A model generated the notes under the pieces. The model was not told where the DNA came from. It saw only the letters and a list, made by a program, of their open reading frames with translations, and did not search any database. A program made the position numbers and the translations under genes. 64,000 nt of DNA from a virus: IMG/VR virus record IMGVR_UViG_3300038427_000078, one strand, 5' to 3'. Each line of letters starts with the position of its first letter. The stretch's first letter is position 1. Shown one piece after another: positions 44,293-53,807 of this stretch.

Positions 44293-47200
44293 TGCCGGTA
44301 CAGCCGAACATACCCCTTGGAGATGAGTTCACCAACCTAGTGTGGACCAACTACACGTCGTTCGATGAAACGACGCGGGACCGTCTGCCTACTCAGAAGC
44401 ACTTGGACATCCGCCCGTTCACGGAAACCCCGATCCTCGCCAGCGGCGGAGACTTCCTTGCTCCGGAAGATTGGGAGCTACCTCCGAATAGCTCGACCGG
44501 ATCCGAAGCTGGCACCAAAGGCTTCCCCGTACTCAACCTCCGCACTATCGAAAACGGTACCGTCGAAGCCACATCCATTGTCAAGAGCCACCCGCTAGAC
44601 TTCACTCAGTTCGCCCCCACCGATCTGATCGTCTTCACGCTACCGTTCTATTCAGAAGCCGTGGTCGAGGCTACCTCAAGCTACATCGAATTCATCGACG
44701 CGCAGGGTCGCTCCGTCGCCATCAAATTCAGCGCAAGCGAAGTCGCACTCACTGGCGAAAATCCGTACTTCCAGGTCAAGCTCGAACGCCTTGAAGAAGC
44801 CGAACTCAGCCTCAATGAAATCGTCGGGGTACGGTTCAAGGTCGCGGCCACGGAAAGCATTATCGTCTACATCATGGGCCTTCGGCTCATCAAGGCTACG
44901 CTCTCCGAAGCACAGCCAGGTTGGGTCCAGGCACCGGCTGACTTCGACAACTGGAATGGTCGCTACCACAAGACAGTGCCGCTTGGCAGCCTCGAACGTG
45001 CTCCGGACTACCAGCAGAGCATCATCTGGAAGTCCGCTCCTCTTGCGGGACCGCTTGATCCTCGCGCCGTTGACACTGAGTTCGGCGTGGTGTTCAACGT
45101 TGGTGAACTCGCAAACTCGAACGAGTTCACTATGTACTTCCGCCAGGAATCCAAGATTTTCACGACCATGCTCGACCTCATCGGGGTCACCATGGCGGAA
45201 CTCGACGGTCGTCCGATGCCTGACCTTGGCACACGTCAGTTCAATCCACGCACCGTGGGCGAATTCGATGAGACAGAGATGGAAGAACTCGACCGCTTTG
45301 ACATGGAAGAACTTGAGCGTCAGGCAGTGCCTAACCCGGTGCTTGAGAGTTGGGTGTACTTCACCTTCGCGTGGGACAAAACGGAACCAAGCATCTCTAT
45401 GGGCAATAGCTCGGGCCTCTCGTACAACTTCCCCGACCTCGAAGGACTCGTCACCCTAGAACCGAAACACAACTACTTCGTTGTGTTCACTCTAGAAGGA
45501 TCCACTGCCCGCGCTCGCCTGTACGATCTAGAGCAAGTGCTTGAAGACGGCGGACTCGAAGAACTTGGGGCGGGTATCTACGAGCCGACCGGAGACTACT
45601 TCTCTGTCAAACAGACTCCTCTCTTTGACACGACCATCGTGGACGACGATAACGTGTTCCGTCGCCGTAAGGGACGCATTGGATGGAGCACGAACTTCCA
45701 AGATGGCGACGTGTTCCTCCGCTCGATCCGCCCACGCGGTGTGACCTTCGCGGAATATGAATCGGCTCCGCTCGAAAGCCACACACCTGTCGCTGGGGCC
45801 AGCCTGTTCGCCAGCGTACTACCGGAAGACACTTCTCTGTGGGGAGGAGGGCTTGCCCTCTACCCGGAAGGCACCACTCACTCCTTCCTAGAGCTTGACA
45901 AATCTCGCACGACTGTCAAGAACGGATTCAGCTACCGTGTCACCAACAAGGGTGTCGCCAAGCAGGGTGAATACCAGGGCTTGACCACCGAATTTATGAA
46001 CTTCACTGACTTCGAACAGATGCAGATCGAGTTCAATCTGTGGTACGCTGGCCCTGCTCGCGAACGCGAAAAGATCGAAAAGCTCTACCGTGGGTTCTAC
46101 CCTGGCAACAGGTCATTCCCTGGCCCGGAGCGTTACCCTGGTGCCAAAGTCATCGTCACCACCGAACCGACTGTCGCTAGCATCATCGCGGAGTTGGTCA
46201 GCACGGACGGTACTGTCATCCCTCTCGTCATGCCAGAACTCGAAACGAACCAGTGGCAGCATATCACACTGCGCGTTCCACTGTCGGAAGTCATCCAGAC
46301 AGGCTACTACCAGCTACGGATCCTACAGCAGACACGCCTCGCTACGAACTGGTGGCTCGATAGCCTCAAGGTCTTGCAGCGGGCCGTCGCATGGAGCGCT
46401 CGCTCAGTCACCCAGGATCCGTGGGGAGGTACCTACGCTCCGTGGACTGACTTCATGGACGTGGTGAATGACCGGGAACACAATAGCGGCATCTCGCTTG
46501 AGCCTCGCGGCAAGGAGCTACAGCTACGTGGACGTGCCCGCAGGCAAGACGTGACTATCCAGAAGCCACAGATCATACCTCGCTACGCAGAGCTAGGTCG
46601 TCTGGTGTGGCCGGAGGAAGCGTACCCTACCCTGCCTCAGCAGCTTGAAAACCTCATCCTCAACCCCAGCTTCGAGTATGACACACTCGCAACCTCTACG
46701 CCTAAAAGCTGGGCGTTCCCTACTCCTGGTATGACGCTCCATGTGTCAAACGAATGGGCCGCTGTCGGCACCAAGTCCTTCAAGGTCAAAACACCGAACA
46801 ACGCCACAGAATATGGTATGTTCATGGAACACTTCGCGACCGGCACGCCTGTCGAAGCTGGCTCCGTCTACAACTTCCAAGCAACGTTCAACGTTCTAGA
46901 ACTCACGAACGAACGCCACATCTTCGCCATCATCAAATTCTACAACGCCAAAGAAGAACACGTTGGCACGGAACACTTCACCAAACACATCACGACTACC
47001 GGAGTTCACACTATCAAGGCAAGCGTGACCGCCCCGGAAGAGGCCGTGACTGCCGAAGTCACACCGTTCTACATCCAGGGCGACGGCGTGGCCGAGTTCT
47101 ACATCGACAAGATTTACTTCGGAGAGGGTCCAGCCTACTTCGACGGAGACACCGCAGGCTACCATTGGACGGGTACGCACGGAGACAGCCGATCAATCAC

Positions 47201-47465
47201 GACGCCTCGTCCGGGCACGCCACCCAAGGCGAAGTTCAAGGTGGAAAACAAAGGCGAAGTGATCAAGTTCACAGACGAGTCCATCAATGGCGTTGGCGCT
47301 ATCGTCAATCGGGAATGGACGTTCGGTGACGGCGACCGCATCATCACCAACGATGAAGTAGTGGAACATACCTACACCAAGGCAGGCGTTTACAGCGTCA
47401 CCTTGCAGGTAGTAGACCGCCACGGCAGGCTCAACTCCAAGGTGGAGGAAGTGGAAGCGACATGA
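44292..47465 (+). CDS. Minor tail protein with CBM-like and PKD domains
   Basis: NLILNPSFEYD..YFDGD module and WTFGDG..HTYTKAGVYSVTLQV PKD motif. Confidence 0.7.
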   Translation: MPVQPNIPLGDEFTNLVWTNYTSFDETTRDRLPTQKHLDIRPFTETPILASGGDFLAPEDWELPPNSSTGSEAGTKGFPVLNLRTIENGTVEATSIVKSHPLDFTQFAPTDLIVFTLPFYSEAVVEATSSYIEFIDAQGRSVAIKFSASEVALTGENPYFQVKLERLEEAELSLNEIVGVRFKVAATESIIVYIMGLRLIKATLSEAQPGWVQAPADFDNWNGRYHKTVPLGSLERAPDYQQSIIWKSAPLAGPLDPRAVDTEFGVVFNVGELANSNEFTMYFRQESKIFTTMLDLIGVTMAELDGRPMPDLGTRQFNPRTVGEFDETEMEELDRFDMEELERQAVPNPVLESWVYFTFAWDKTEPSISMGNSSGLSYNFPDLEGLVTLEPKHNYFVVFTLEGSTARARLYDLEQVLEDGGLEELGAGIYEPTGDYFSVKQTPLFDTTIVDDDNVFRRRKGRIGWSTNFQDGDVFLRSIRPRGVTFAEYESAPLESHTPVAGASLFASVLPEDTSLWGGGLALYPEGTTHSFLELDKSRTTVKNGFSYRVTNKGVAKQGEYQGLTTEFMNFTDFEQMQIEFNLWYAGPAREREKIEKLYRGFYPGNRSFPGPERYPGAKVIVTTEPTVASIIAELVSTDGTVIPLVMPELETNQWQHITLRVPLSEVIQTGYYQLRILQQTRLATNWWLDSLKVLQRAVAWSARSVTQDPWGGTYAPWTDFMDVVNDREHNSGISLEPRGKELQLRGRARRQDVTIQKPQIIPRYAELGRLVWPEEAYPTLPQQLENLILNPSFEYDTLATSTPKSWAFPTPGMTLHVSNEWAAVGTKSFKVKTPNNATEYGMFMEHFATGTPVEAGSVYNFQATFNVLELTNERHIFAIIKFYNAKEEHVGTEHFTKHITTTGVHTIKASVTAPEEAVTAEVTPFYIQGDGVAEFYIDKIYFGEGPAYFDGDTAGYHWTGTHGDSRSITTPRPGTPPKAKFKVENKGEVIKFTDESINGVGAIVNREWTFGDGDRIITNDEVVEHTYTKAGVYSVTLQVVDRHGRLNSKVEEVEAT

Positions 47466-47953
47466 CCGAAGGCCCATACGGAATCAAACTCAACCCTCCG
47501 ACCGTCAACGACTTCTCTCCTCCGGAACTTGCGGTCGAGGTCAACTTCTGGTGGGACGAAAACGGTCCTGTCGAATCGTACACCTTCGACGGCGACAGCT
47601 ACCCGTACATATCTCCGGAACCTGCGTCGAGGTACATCATGCACACGACGTACATTCAGGAACCCGTCCACTTCTACGCCATCCTGGATCCGAAACAGGC
47701 AGAAGAAGAACTCAAACACCCTCGGGTAGTTACACCTGCCGGGGTGGGCATCGTCCAGTACCTATGGGACTTCGGTGATGGTACCACGGGTGACGGTCCC
47801 TTCGCCACTCACGAATACAAGGTGCTTGAGCCAGGGATCGAGGTCAAACTCACCGTGGTTGACACGCGCGGACTAACATGGTCGGCAGCCAAGCCCATGA
47901 ACCTAGCGGCCCACGCCTACGGGTACATCAGTCGGCGTATCGTTCCCCTGTGA
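47462..47953 (+). CDS. PKD-domain protein
   Basis: YLWDFGDGTTG..HEY..VKLTVVD. Confidence 0.8.
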   Translation: MTEGPYGIKLNPPTVNDFSPPELAVEVNFWWDENGPVESYTFDGDSYPYISPEPASRYIMHTTYIQEPVHFYAILDPKQAEEELKHPRVVTPAGVGIVQYLWDFGDGTTGDGPFATHEYKVLEPGIEVKLTVVDTRGLTWSAAKPMNLAAHAYGYISRRIVPL

Positions 47954-48048
47954 GGATGAACATCAGAAATGACGCGGACGAACACCTTTGGTGAGCTTCC
48001 GTCTATCGGTGAACAAGCGAAGAAGCTTACAGCACAGCGCGACGTTTG

Positions 48049-48507
48049 TCAAGCGTATAGCTCAAGCACGTAGTGGGCGAACTCCACCAGATCCGCGACC
48101 CGTGCGCCGGTAGGATGGATCGCAGCCCATAACTCAAGGTTCTCGGGGCGGTTGTCATCGCGGATGAGGTTCTTGTGATGGACTGTCTCATGCGGCAGAA
48201 GCTCGCGCCCTAGCCGTTCCTCCATGATGCGACGATGAGCGAGGAATCGTTCTCCGTCAACTTCGTGGACGATGTATCCGTCCGATGTGATCGATCCTTC
48301 GCCCTTCAAACGACGCATCTGTATCGGTTTGCCCGCCAAGGGATCACCGAACTTGAGTTGTCGTTGATAGTGGGCATTACAGAGTTCATCCCGCAAAGCC
48401 CATTTGTCGCACCCCTCAACACGACAAGGTAGGTTCTTGTCCTTCTGGCGATAGTAGTAGGCTAGGGACTTCGCCGCGTCCCGTTCTTTCTGTGCCTGGG
48501 TTCTCAT
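48049..48507 (-). CDS. HNH endonuclease
   Basis: AHRRIME..LGREL...ETVHHKN..RDDNRPENLELW. Late motif at 48505-48517. Confidence 0.88.
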   Translation of the reverse strand: MRTQAQKERDAAKSLAYYYRQKDKNLPCRVEGCDKWALRDELCNAHYQRQLKFGDPLAGKPIQMRRLKGEGSITSDGYIVHEVDGERFLAHRRIMEERLGRELLPHETVHHKNLIRDDNRPENLELWAAIHPTGARVADLVEFAHYVLELYA

Positions 48508-48513
48508 CACCCA

Positions 48514-50472
48514 TTACGGGTGAGGACCAACCAATATATATAGTAGCTCCTCCCGGCTGAGTTTCGTACTCACCGAGTCATCGTGGGCCATGCCGTCGAA
48601 TATCTGAGTGTGGTAGCCCTCCTTGGTGCTGATGATGTCGCGCTTGCGCATCTCCACGGAGTCTGCCATCAGCAGATCGTACCACCAGTTCGTCGTCAGG
48701 CTAGAATCCACTCGGTTGTTGCGCCCTTGACGCTGGCGCTTACGGGTCCACGTCCAGGGAAGATTGTAGTTGACTCCAACGGCTGCCTCGGGTAGATCGA
48801 TAGAATCACTCCCCTTGTCCGAGGACAGGAATACTTGGATCGTAGGATCACTACGGAAGGCATCTTTAGCCCTCTGACGCGCCTGGTCTGTTCCACTGTA
48901 AGCCACATAGCTGACTCCCCATTCGTTGAGCTTCTGTTCCACGGGTGCGTACCCGTATCCGGCCCACGTCATGTAGACCAGTGCTTTCTCCCCCGGATGC
49001 TTCTCCGTAAGGATTTCCCTCAGTGTATCAAACTTCGTGTGGTGGTCATCCACTAGATCGTGCCCAACCTGGGCGAGCAGCATGGTAGCGATGTCAGATC
49101 CTTTGATCACGTTGGCCTTGAGCCACGCTTCGTCCTCCTCGATCAGTGCCTCCCACGCCTGTCGGTTCTTGGCCGACTCGTTGATCATCGACGGCGCATC
49201 GCAAAGCATCTGCAACACCTGGATCAGCGCGAGGATGTTCACTTCATCGTCTTCCTTCGCGAGCTTGGCGGCTTTCTTCACCAGGCCATCGTAGATGCTA
49301 CGGTCGCGCGAGTCCCAATCGATGATGAGCAGGTCTTCCATGACCTCCGGGAACATCTTGGCAATCTCAGGGTCTTTGCGGCTAGCCCGGTGAGTCATGT
49401 GCTCGATGGTGGCGTCGAGCTTGTCGAGGTTCATCCACTTCTCGGGCGAGCGGGAGATAGGGTTGCGGTAGGACACGTAGGCATCGTGGAAGTCTTTCGC
49501 TAGGCCGAGGACCGGAGGGTTCATCATGCGGATGCAGGAGAACAACCCGTCCGGACTGTTCTCGATGGGAGTGGCGCTAAGCTCCCACTGTCGCATCCAC
49601 TTGGCACGCGGCACGGCACCGTGTAGTCCCTCCTTGCGCGAGCGGAATTTGTCCCACACCATGTGCTGCACCGATTCGTAGAGCTTGGTGGTACGGTTGC
49701 TCAAGCGGGTCGGCATCTCGTCCCAAAAGAAGAGGCAGTCCCGGTCTTCGATGAGAGCCTTGAACATCGGTTCGTCCTGGCGGAAGCTCTCGTAGTTGGC
49801 GACGACCACCTGCGACTGACCGTCCTCTAGATTCTCAAGCACCTGTTCGTACACTCGATCCCGCTGGGAGGGTGGCCCCTGCACGACGTGTGATACAATC
49901 CCTCCTAGCTGCTCTAGCTTGCGCTGTGTGTCCACCTTGTTGTTCTTCTTGACTACGACAAGGCCCAGGTCATACGGGTGCCCGTGCCCTTCGTGCCACT
50001 TGAGAGCCGACGCGATGAACGCAGTCTTGCCGGTGCCCGTATCCCACACCACCAGGCCAGCCTTGAGAGCTTCGTTGCGGACCAGCTTGTTGAAGCCTTG
50101 CACCTGCCAGTGCAGCATGCCATTGACCGTGTTCTCAAGGGTCGAGTTCAACTCGAACGGCGGTGGGTCGGACAGGCTCTCAAACTCCGCCAGGATGTCC
50201 TCCGGTGGATCCGAGAACACGACATGGTAGGCCGCGTCTTCGGCATACGTCAGGAACTCATCCAGCTTGGCCGGTGATACCGTTCGGTAACGCCCTACGA
50301 TGTCCTCGAAGTCGAGGAACCAGTCAGGCCACAGTGACGTGACCTCCCAGCGGCCACGGAAGTCCTCGCTCGGAACGAGAAAGAGGTACTGAGCCTGGTC
50401 CTCTCGGGACTGCTCCTCTACCTCATCTAGTAGCTCGTCACTCAGTAGGCTGTATCTCATCAGGCTCCTCAA
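48514..50472 (-). CDS. SNF2-family helicase
   Basis: DTGTGKT, WDEMP, LSATPIEN, YNLPW and QRQGRNNR motifs. Confidence 0.88.
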   Translation of the reverse strand: MRSLMRYSLLSDELLDEVEEQSREDQAQYLFLVPSEDFRGRWEVTSLWPDWFLDFEDIVGRYRTVSPAKLDEFLTYAEDAAYHVVFSDPPEDILAEFESLSDPPPFELNSTLENTVNGMLHWQVQGFNKLVRNEALKAGLVVWDTGTGKTAFIASALKWHEGHGHPYDLGLVVVKKNNKVDTQRKLEQLGGIVSHVVQGPPSQRDRVYEQVLENLEDGQSQVVVANYESFRQDEPMFKALIEDRDCLFFWDEMPTRLSNRTTKLYESVQHMVWDKFRSRKEGLHGAVPRAKWMRQWELSATPIENSPDGLFSCIRMMNPPVLGLAKDFHDAYVSYRNPISRSPEKWMNLDKLDATIEHMTHRASRKDPEIAKMFPEVMEDLLIIDWDSRDRSIYDGLVKKAAKLAKEDDEVNILALIQVLQMLCDAPSMINESAKNRQAWEALIEEDEAWLKANVIKGSDIATMLLAQVGHDLVDDHHTKFDTLREILTEKHPGEKALVYMTWAGYGYAPVEQKLNEWGVSYVAYSGTDQARQRAKDAFRSDPTIQVFLSSDKGSDSIDLPEAAVGVNYNLPWTWTRKRQRQGRNNRVDSSLTTNWWYDLLMADSVEMRKRDIISTKEGYHTQIFDGMAHDDSVSTKLSREELLYILVGPHP

Positions 50473-51226
50473 CGATCACGGCATCCACAACCTCGACGGG
50501 TAGCTGTAGCAGCGCCGCCTCGACCTCTGTCTCTACATCATCATAGCTGCGGAGTCGCTTGACCTCGGCAGAGATGAGGCGCTGTGTGTTCTCGTCACAG
50601 ACGTTGCGGATGGCTTGGAGGAAGAGTCCGAAGTCGCGCTCGTACTCGTCCGCCCTGCCGGTGGACGCCTTTACGTCCATGTCGTTGAGTAGCTTGATCA
50701 TCTGGATCACATCACGCATCTCAATCGCGATGGATCCTGCCTGTGCCAACTCGTACGCTTTACGTACCAGCACCTTGAGCATGCCACGGTCTGTTACTGC
50801 ACCGCGAGCACCGTCCTCTACGTTCTGCTGTAGGAGCGCGGCCTCCTCGTCCAGTGTCTTGCGGATCGTCTGTAGCTCAAGCGGCATGTGTTTCGCAAGG
50901 TGCTTGCCGATAGAGCGACGGTCTGGTTTCGGCACTCCCTCTATCTCGGGGATAGCGTCCGCGATCTTGGTGTGACCGTAGCCATTGACGAGACTCTGCT
51001 CAATGAACAGACGGTTCGGGTGTGTGCAGACGTGGCAGCGAGTCTCTATCACCTGTGACGGTGCGATGGCTGCCTTCTGTGCCTCGATGACTGCGTGGTC
51101 CTTCTGTGCGTTCGCTGTCTTGAACGCCTGACCGCTCTGTTTGTCAAGCACGCGACGACGCTTGGCACGCTCCTCTGCGTCGATGCCAAGTTCGTCAGCG
51201 GTCAGGCTGTCAAGGACTTCGCCCAC
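50438..51226 (-). CDS. Hypothetical DNA-binding protein (possibly small terminase-like)
   Basis: CHVC.HP.R..IE..SIGKHLAKH Zn/HTH-like motif followed by a helical region. Confidence 0.45.
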   Translation of the reverse strand: MGEVLDSLTADELGIDAEERAKRRRVLDKQSGQAFKTANAQKDHAVIEAQKAAIAPSQVIETRCHVCTHPNRLFIEQSLVNGYGHTKIADAIPEIEGVPKPDRRSIGKHLAKHMPLELQTIRKTLDEEAALLQQNVEDGARGAVTDRGMLKVLVRKAYELAQAGSIAIEMRDVIQMIKLLNDMDVKASTGRADEYERDFGLFLQAIRNVCDENTQRLISAEVKRLRSYDDVETEVEAALLQLPVEVVDAVIVEEPDEIQPTE

Positions 51227-51227
51227 G

Positions 51228-51731
51228 TTACCAGATCCATTGGCGGGCTATCTCACACAGGTTGTAGAACACAATGTCCTTGTCCTGCTCGCGCTGCTCT
51301 AGCTGCTCGAACTCCACCATGTCCGGATGAGTTTTCGCCTCATGGCTGCGCACGGGTCCGTACTCCCAACCGAGTCGGACGTAGGCGTCCCACCAGTCGT
51401 TGTGCAACTCCTTGGGAGAGGACAGGCGGTCGGGGCCACACTGTTTCTCGATGACTTCGCGGAACTGTGCCTTGAACGGCTCCTTCTCCACCAGGGTACG
51501 GTTGATGCCGAACTCGCGCTCGATGGCTAGCCAGTCCTCGCCCATTGGAGGCTCTGCTCCGGGTGGCATGAAGATCACGAACTGCTCGCCTCCGGGCGGC
51601 ATGACACACGGCCCTGAGATGTGCGCCATGATGACCTTTTCGGTGTGGTTTTCGTTGGTCGGCTCAAGGTCGGCACGGGTGATGCCCGCTGCCTTGAATA
51701 GATCGACCCACTGCTTCGTTATTAGCTTCAT
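51228..51731 (-). CDS. RyR-domain protein
   Basis: LHNDW......GWEYGPVRS..KTHPDMVEFEQL...EQDKD. SD GAGGAG before the ATG at 51731. Confidence 0.85.
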   Translation of the reverse strand: MKLITKQWVDLFKAAGITRADLEPTNENHTEKVIMAHISGPCVMPPGGEQFVIFMPPGAEPPMGEDWLAIEREFGINRTLVEKEPFKAQFREVIEKQCGPDRLSSPKELHNDWWDAYVRLGWEYGPVRSHEAKTHPDMVEFEQLEQREQDKDIVFYNLCEIARQWIW

Positions 51732-51741
51732 CGGTAGTAAC

Positions 51742-52263
51742 TCACTCCTCTTGTCGTTTGTAATGGCTTTCTCGTTGCTCAGGCGTTTCAGCTTGTAGCT
51801 CCTGTACCCGCTCCGAGGTAAGTATGGCGTGATGTAAAAAATGGCAGTTCGCACACAGCAGATCGCACTTGTCTAGCTCGGGCACGATAACCGTATCCCA
51901 CGGATACTTCTTGGGAGCAGAAAGTATCTTGGTCGTAATTGCGAAGAGCTTGGTCGAGGGATCCCGATGATGGAACTGCAAGGCTGAGGGATGATCCTGC
52001 GAACAATGGATGCACTTGCCTCCAAGATATTCGCAAGCCTTGATCTTCTGACGCACTTGATATTCGTGGATGTACTGCTGCTTCTCCTCTCTGTTTGCCC
52101 AATAGTGAGCTTTAGCCCTAGCACGAATGATCTCGGCGTTCTTGCCACCGTAGGCTCGGTCCCGCTTACGCTTCGCTTTACGCCTCTCAGGATCAGCGTT
52201 GTACTCTCGCATGTATGCAGCCCTCTCTGCTTTCGCCTCTACAGAATGTGATGTCGTAGCCAT
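51742..52263 (-). CDS. HNH endonuclease
   Basis: LGGKCIHC..ALQFHHRDP..ELDKCDLLCANCH. Extended -10 TGCTATACT 6 nt upstream. Confidence 0.88.
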   Translation of the reverse strand: MATTSHSVEAKAERAAYMREYNADPERRKAKRKRDRAYGGKNAEIIRARAKAHYWANREEKQQYIHEYQVRQKIKACEYLGGKCIHCSQDHPSALQFHHRDPSTKLFAITTKILSAPKKYPWDTVIVPELDKCDLLCANCHFLHHAILTSERVQELQAETPEQRESHYKRQEE

Positions 52264-52868
52264 ACTTCTAGTATAGCAAAGATTATCGGTAGAACGCTGG
52301 CCCTGTAATAACTGGCCCCGTTCTTTTCGCGTTGTGCCTTCGTGTTGATCTTGCGTCCTCCCGGATGGCTCCTGTTGTAGATGCCCTCGGTCGGTTTCCC
52401 GAACCGATCCAGCGTGAAGGCAGGATCCGGTACACCAGACTCTACCAGAATCTCACGCCGTTTCCGGTTGTAGAGATGAGACTCGAAGAGGATAGGGTTG
52501 GGGCCACGGATGTCGCGGCGTTGTCCCTCGCCCTTGAACCAGCGGTGCCCACGCTCGCATTCGAACTCCGGGAACTCGACGTAGAGTTGTTCCTCGTCTG
52601 CGTCCAGCACCGGCTTGCCTTTGTCGTACTGAGCCTTGGCCTCGATGTTGCCTGTCTCCTCGCCGTAGGGTAGACAGTCCGGGCCTAGCTCCTCGCGACA
52701 CTTGCGGCATAGCTCGCGGTTGCTGTCGTCTTTGAGGAGCGCGTCAGCGAAGCCCGCCAACTGTTCCGGGGTGTACCTCGCGTTAGGATCGAAGACTAAC
52801 TCCGCATCGTCGTCCTCAAGTTCGTCCTCGTCGGCGTCCTCGATGACCTCATCGTCAATGTCTAGCAT
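52239..52868 (-). CDS. Hypothetical Zn-binding protein with acidic N-terminus
   Basis: CRKC..CERGH, with SD AAAGGAGGAG. Confidence 0.65.
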   Translation of the reverse strand: MLDIDDEVIEDADEDELEDDDAELVFDPNARYTPEQLAGFADALLKDDSNRELCRKCREELGPDCLPYGEETGNIEAKAQYDKGKPVLDADEEQLYVEFPEFECERGHRWFKGEGQRRDIRGPNPILFESHLYNRKRREILVESGVPDPAFTLDRFGKPTEGIYNRSHPGGRKINTKAQREKNGASYYRASVLPIIFAILEVWLRHHIL

Positions 52869-53271
52869 GCTCCTCCTTTGAGAAATACTTCGCGGCGAGT
52901 TGTTTGGTGCCTGCCTCCACGTACTGCCCGACAGTCACCGTGGTAATGCCCATGAGCTTCGCCACGTCAGCTTGCTTTTTGTCAAGTATTACGTTGTAGA
53001 AGATGGCTTCTCTCTTACGTGGGGCCAACTCTGTTAGCCTATTGTGCAAGTCCCAAAAGCTGATGGTGAGTTCGACCTTGCGCTTGCGCCGACCGCGTTT
53101 GTCGTAGATCCAGTACGCATACTCGATCATGTCGTGGCGTCCGTCAGAGTTGACGAGCGCACGGTACTCAGGGTAGTGACGCAGTACCTCTCGCAGCACG
53201 CGGTGAAGGGGCAGCGGCGCGGTGGGTTTCTTGTCTTTGGTGCTTTTCTTCTTGACGGGTTTAGTCGGCAT
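52855..53271 (-). CDS. Sigma-70 region 4-like HTH protein
   Basis: LTELAPRKREAIFYNVILDKKQADVAKLMGITTVTVGQYVEAG. ATG at 53271. Confidence 0.75.
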   Translation of the reverse strand: MPTKPVKKKSTKDKKPTAPLPLHRVLREVLRHYPEYRALVNSDGRHDMIEYAYWIYDKRGRRKRKVELTISFWDLHNRLTELAPRKREAIFYNVILDKKQADVAKLMGITTVTVGQYVEAGTKQLAAKYFSKEEHARH

Positions 53272-53773
53272 CTTTGATCGCCACTTCCAGAGGTCGTAGC
53301 TCCTCGTCCTTGAGAGGCTGGCGCTTGAACTCACCAGCGATGAACCCGTACGATCCCATGTGAGTGAGCGGCGGGGAGTAAGCATGGATGGTGATAGCAG
53401 TGGACTCACCGTGATGTCTCACGCGGTGGATGTCCCACGGTCCGAAGTTGAAGGTCTGTCCTTCTCGGTAGATCAGGCCGTGCTCTTTGATCACTCCCTC
53501 GTTGGACTCGCAGTACCCGGAGCGAAGCCGACTCTCACGTACTTGACCGTGAACGCAGATGACTCCGCCAGCGGAGCCATCGTGGTCGTGCAGGCCGGTG
53601 TCGTGGCCGGTGTTCCAGGTGATCACCCAGCAGTTGAAGGTGGGTGTACTAGCAAGCTCCTTGTACCCGCGCCTCTCTCCGTGCTCTACCAGATGCTTCC
53701 AAAGTTTCGGTTGGCCTGCTACTCGCGTTACGTAATCGACTAGCTCGTCAGGCGTCAGGTATTTTTGTGCCAT
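53261..53773 (-). CDS. Cysteine dioxygenase-family (thiol dioxygenase) cupin
   Basis: WVITW..GHDTGLHDH, DIHRV (3-His site) and TIHAYSPPL..M..Y. Confidence 0.85.
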   Translation of the reverse strand: MAQKYLTPDELVDYVTRVAGQPKLWKHLVEHGERRGYKELASTPTFNCWVITWNTGHDTGLHDHDGSAGGVICVHGQVRESRLRSGYCESNEGVIKEHGLIYREGQTFNFGPWDIHRVRHHGESTAITIHAYSPPLTHMGSYGFIAGEFKRQPLKDEELRPLEVAIKDAD

Positions 53774-53778
53774 CACCT

Positions 53779-53807
53779 ATAGTATAGCGCAACTGGTTAC
53801 TTTTCAA
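53779..53807 (-). promoter_or_regulatory. SigA promoter TTGAAA-17-TACTAT (leaderless dioxygenase gene)
   Basis: The -10 lies 5 nt before the ATG. Confidence 0.65.

Noticed and set aside
47969-48073. 34-aa ORF MTRTNTFGELPSIG.. after the PKD gene
   Set aside because: It is very short, runs into the convergent HNH, and has no recognisable motif. It may be a remnant but cannot be supported.
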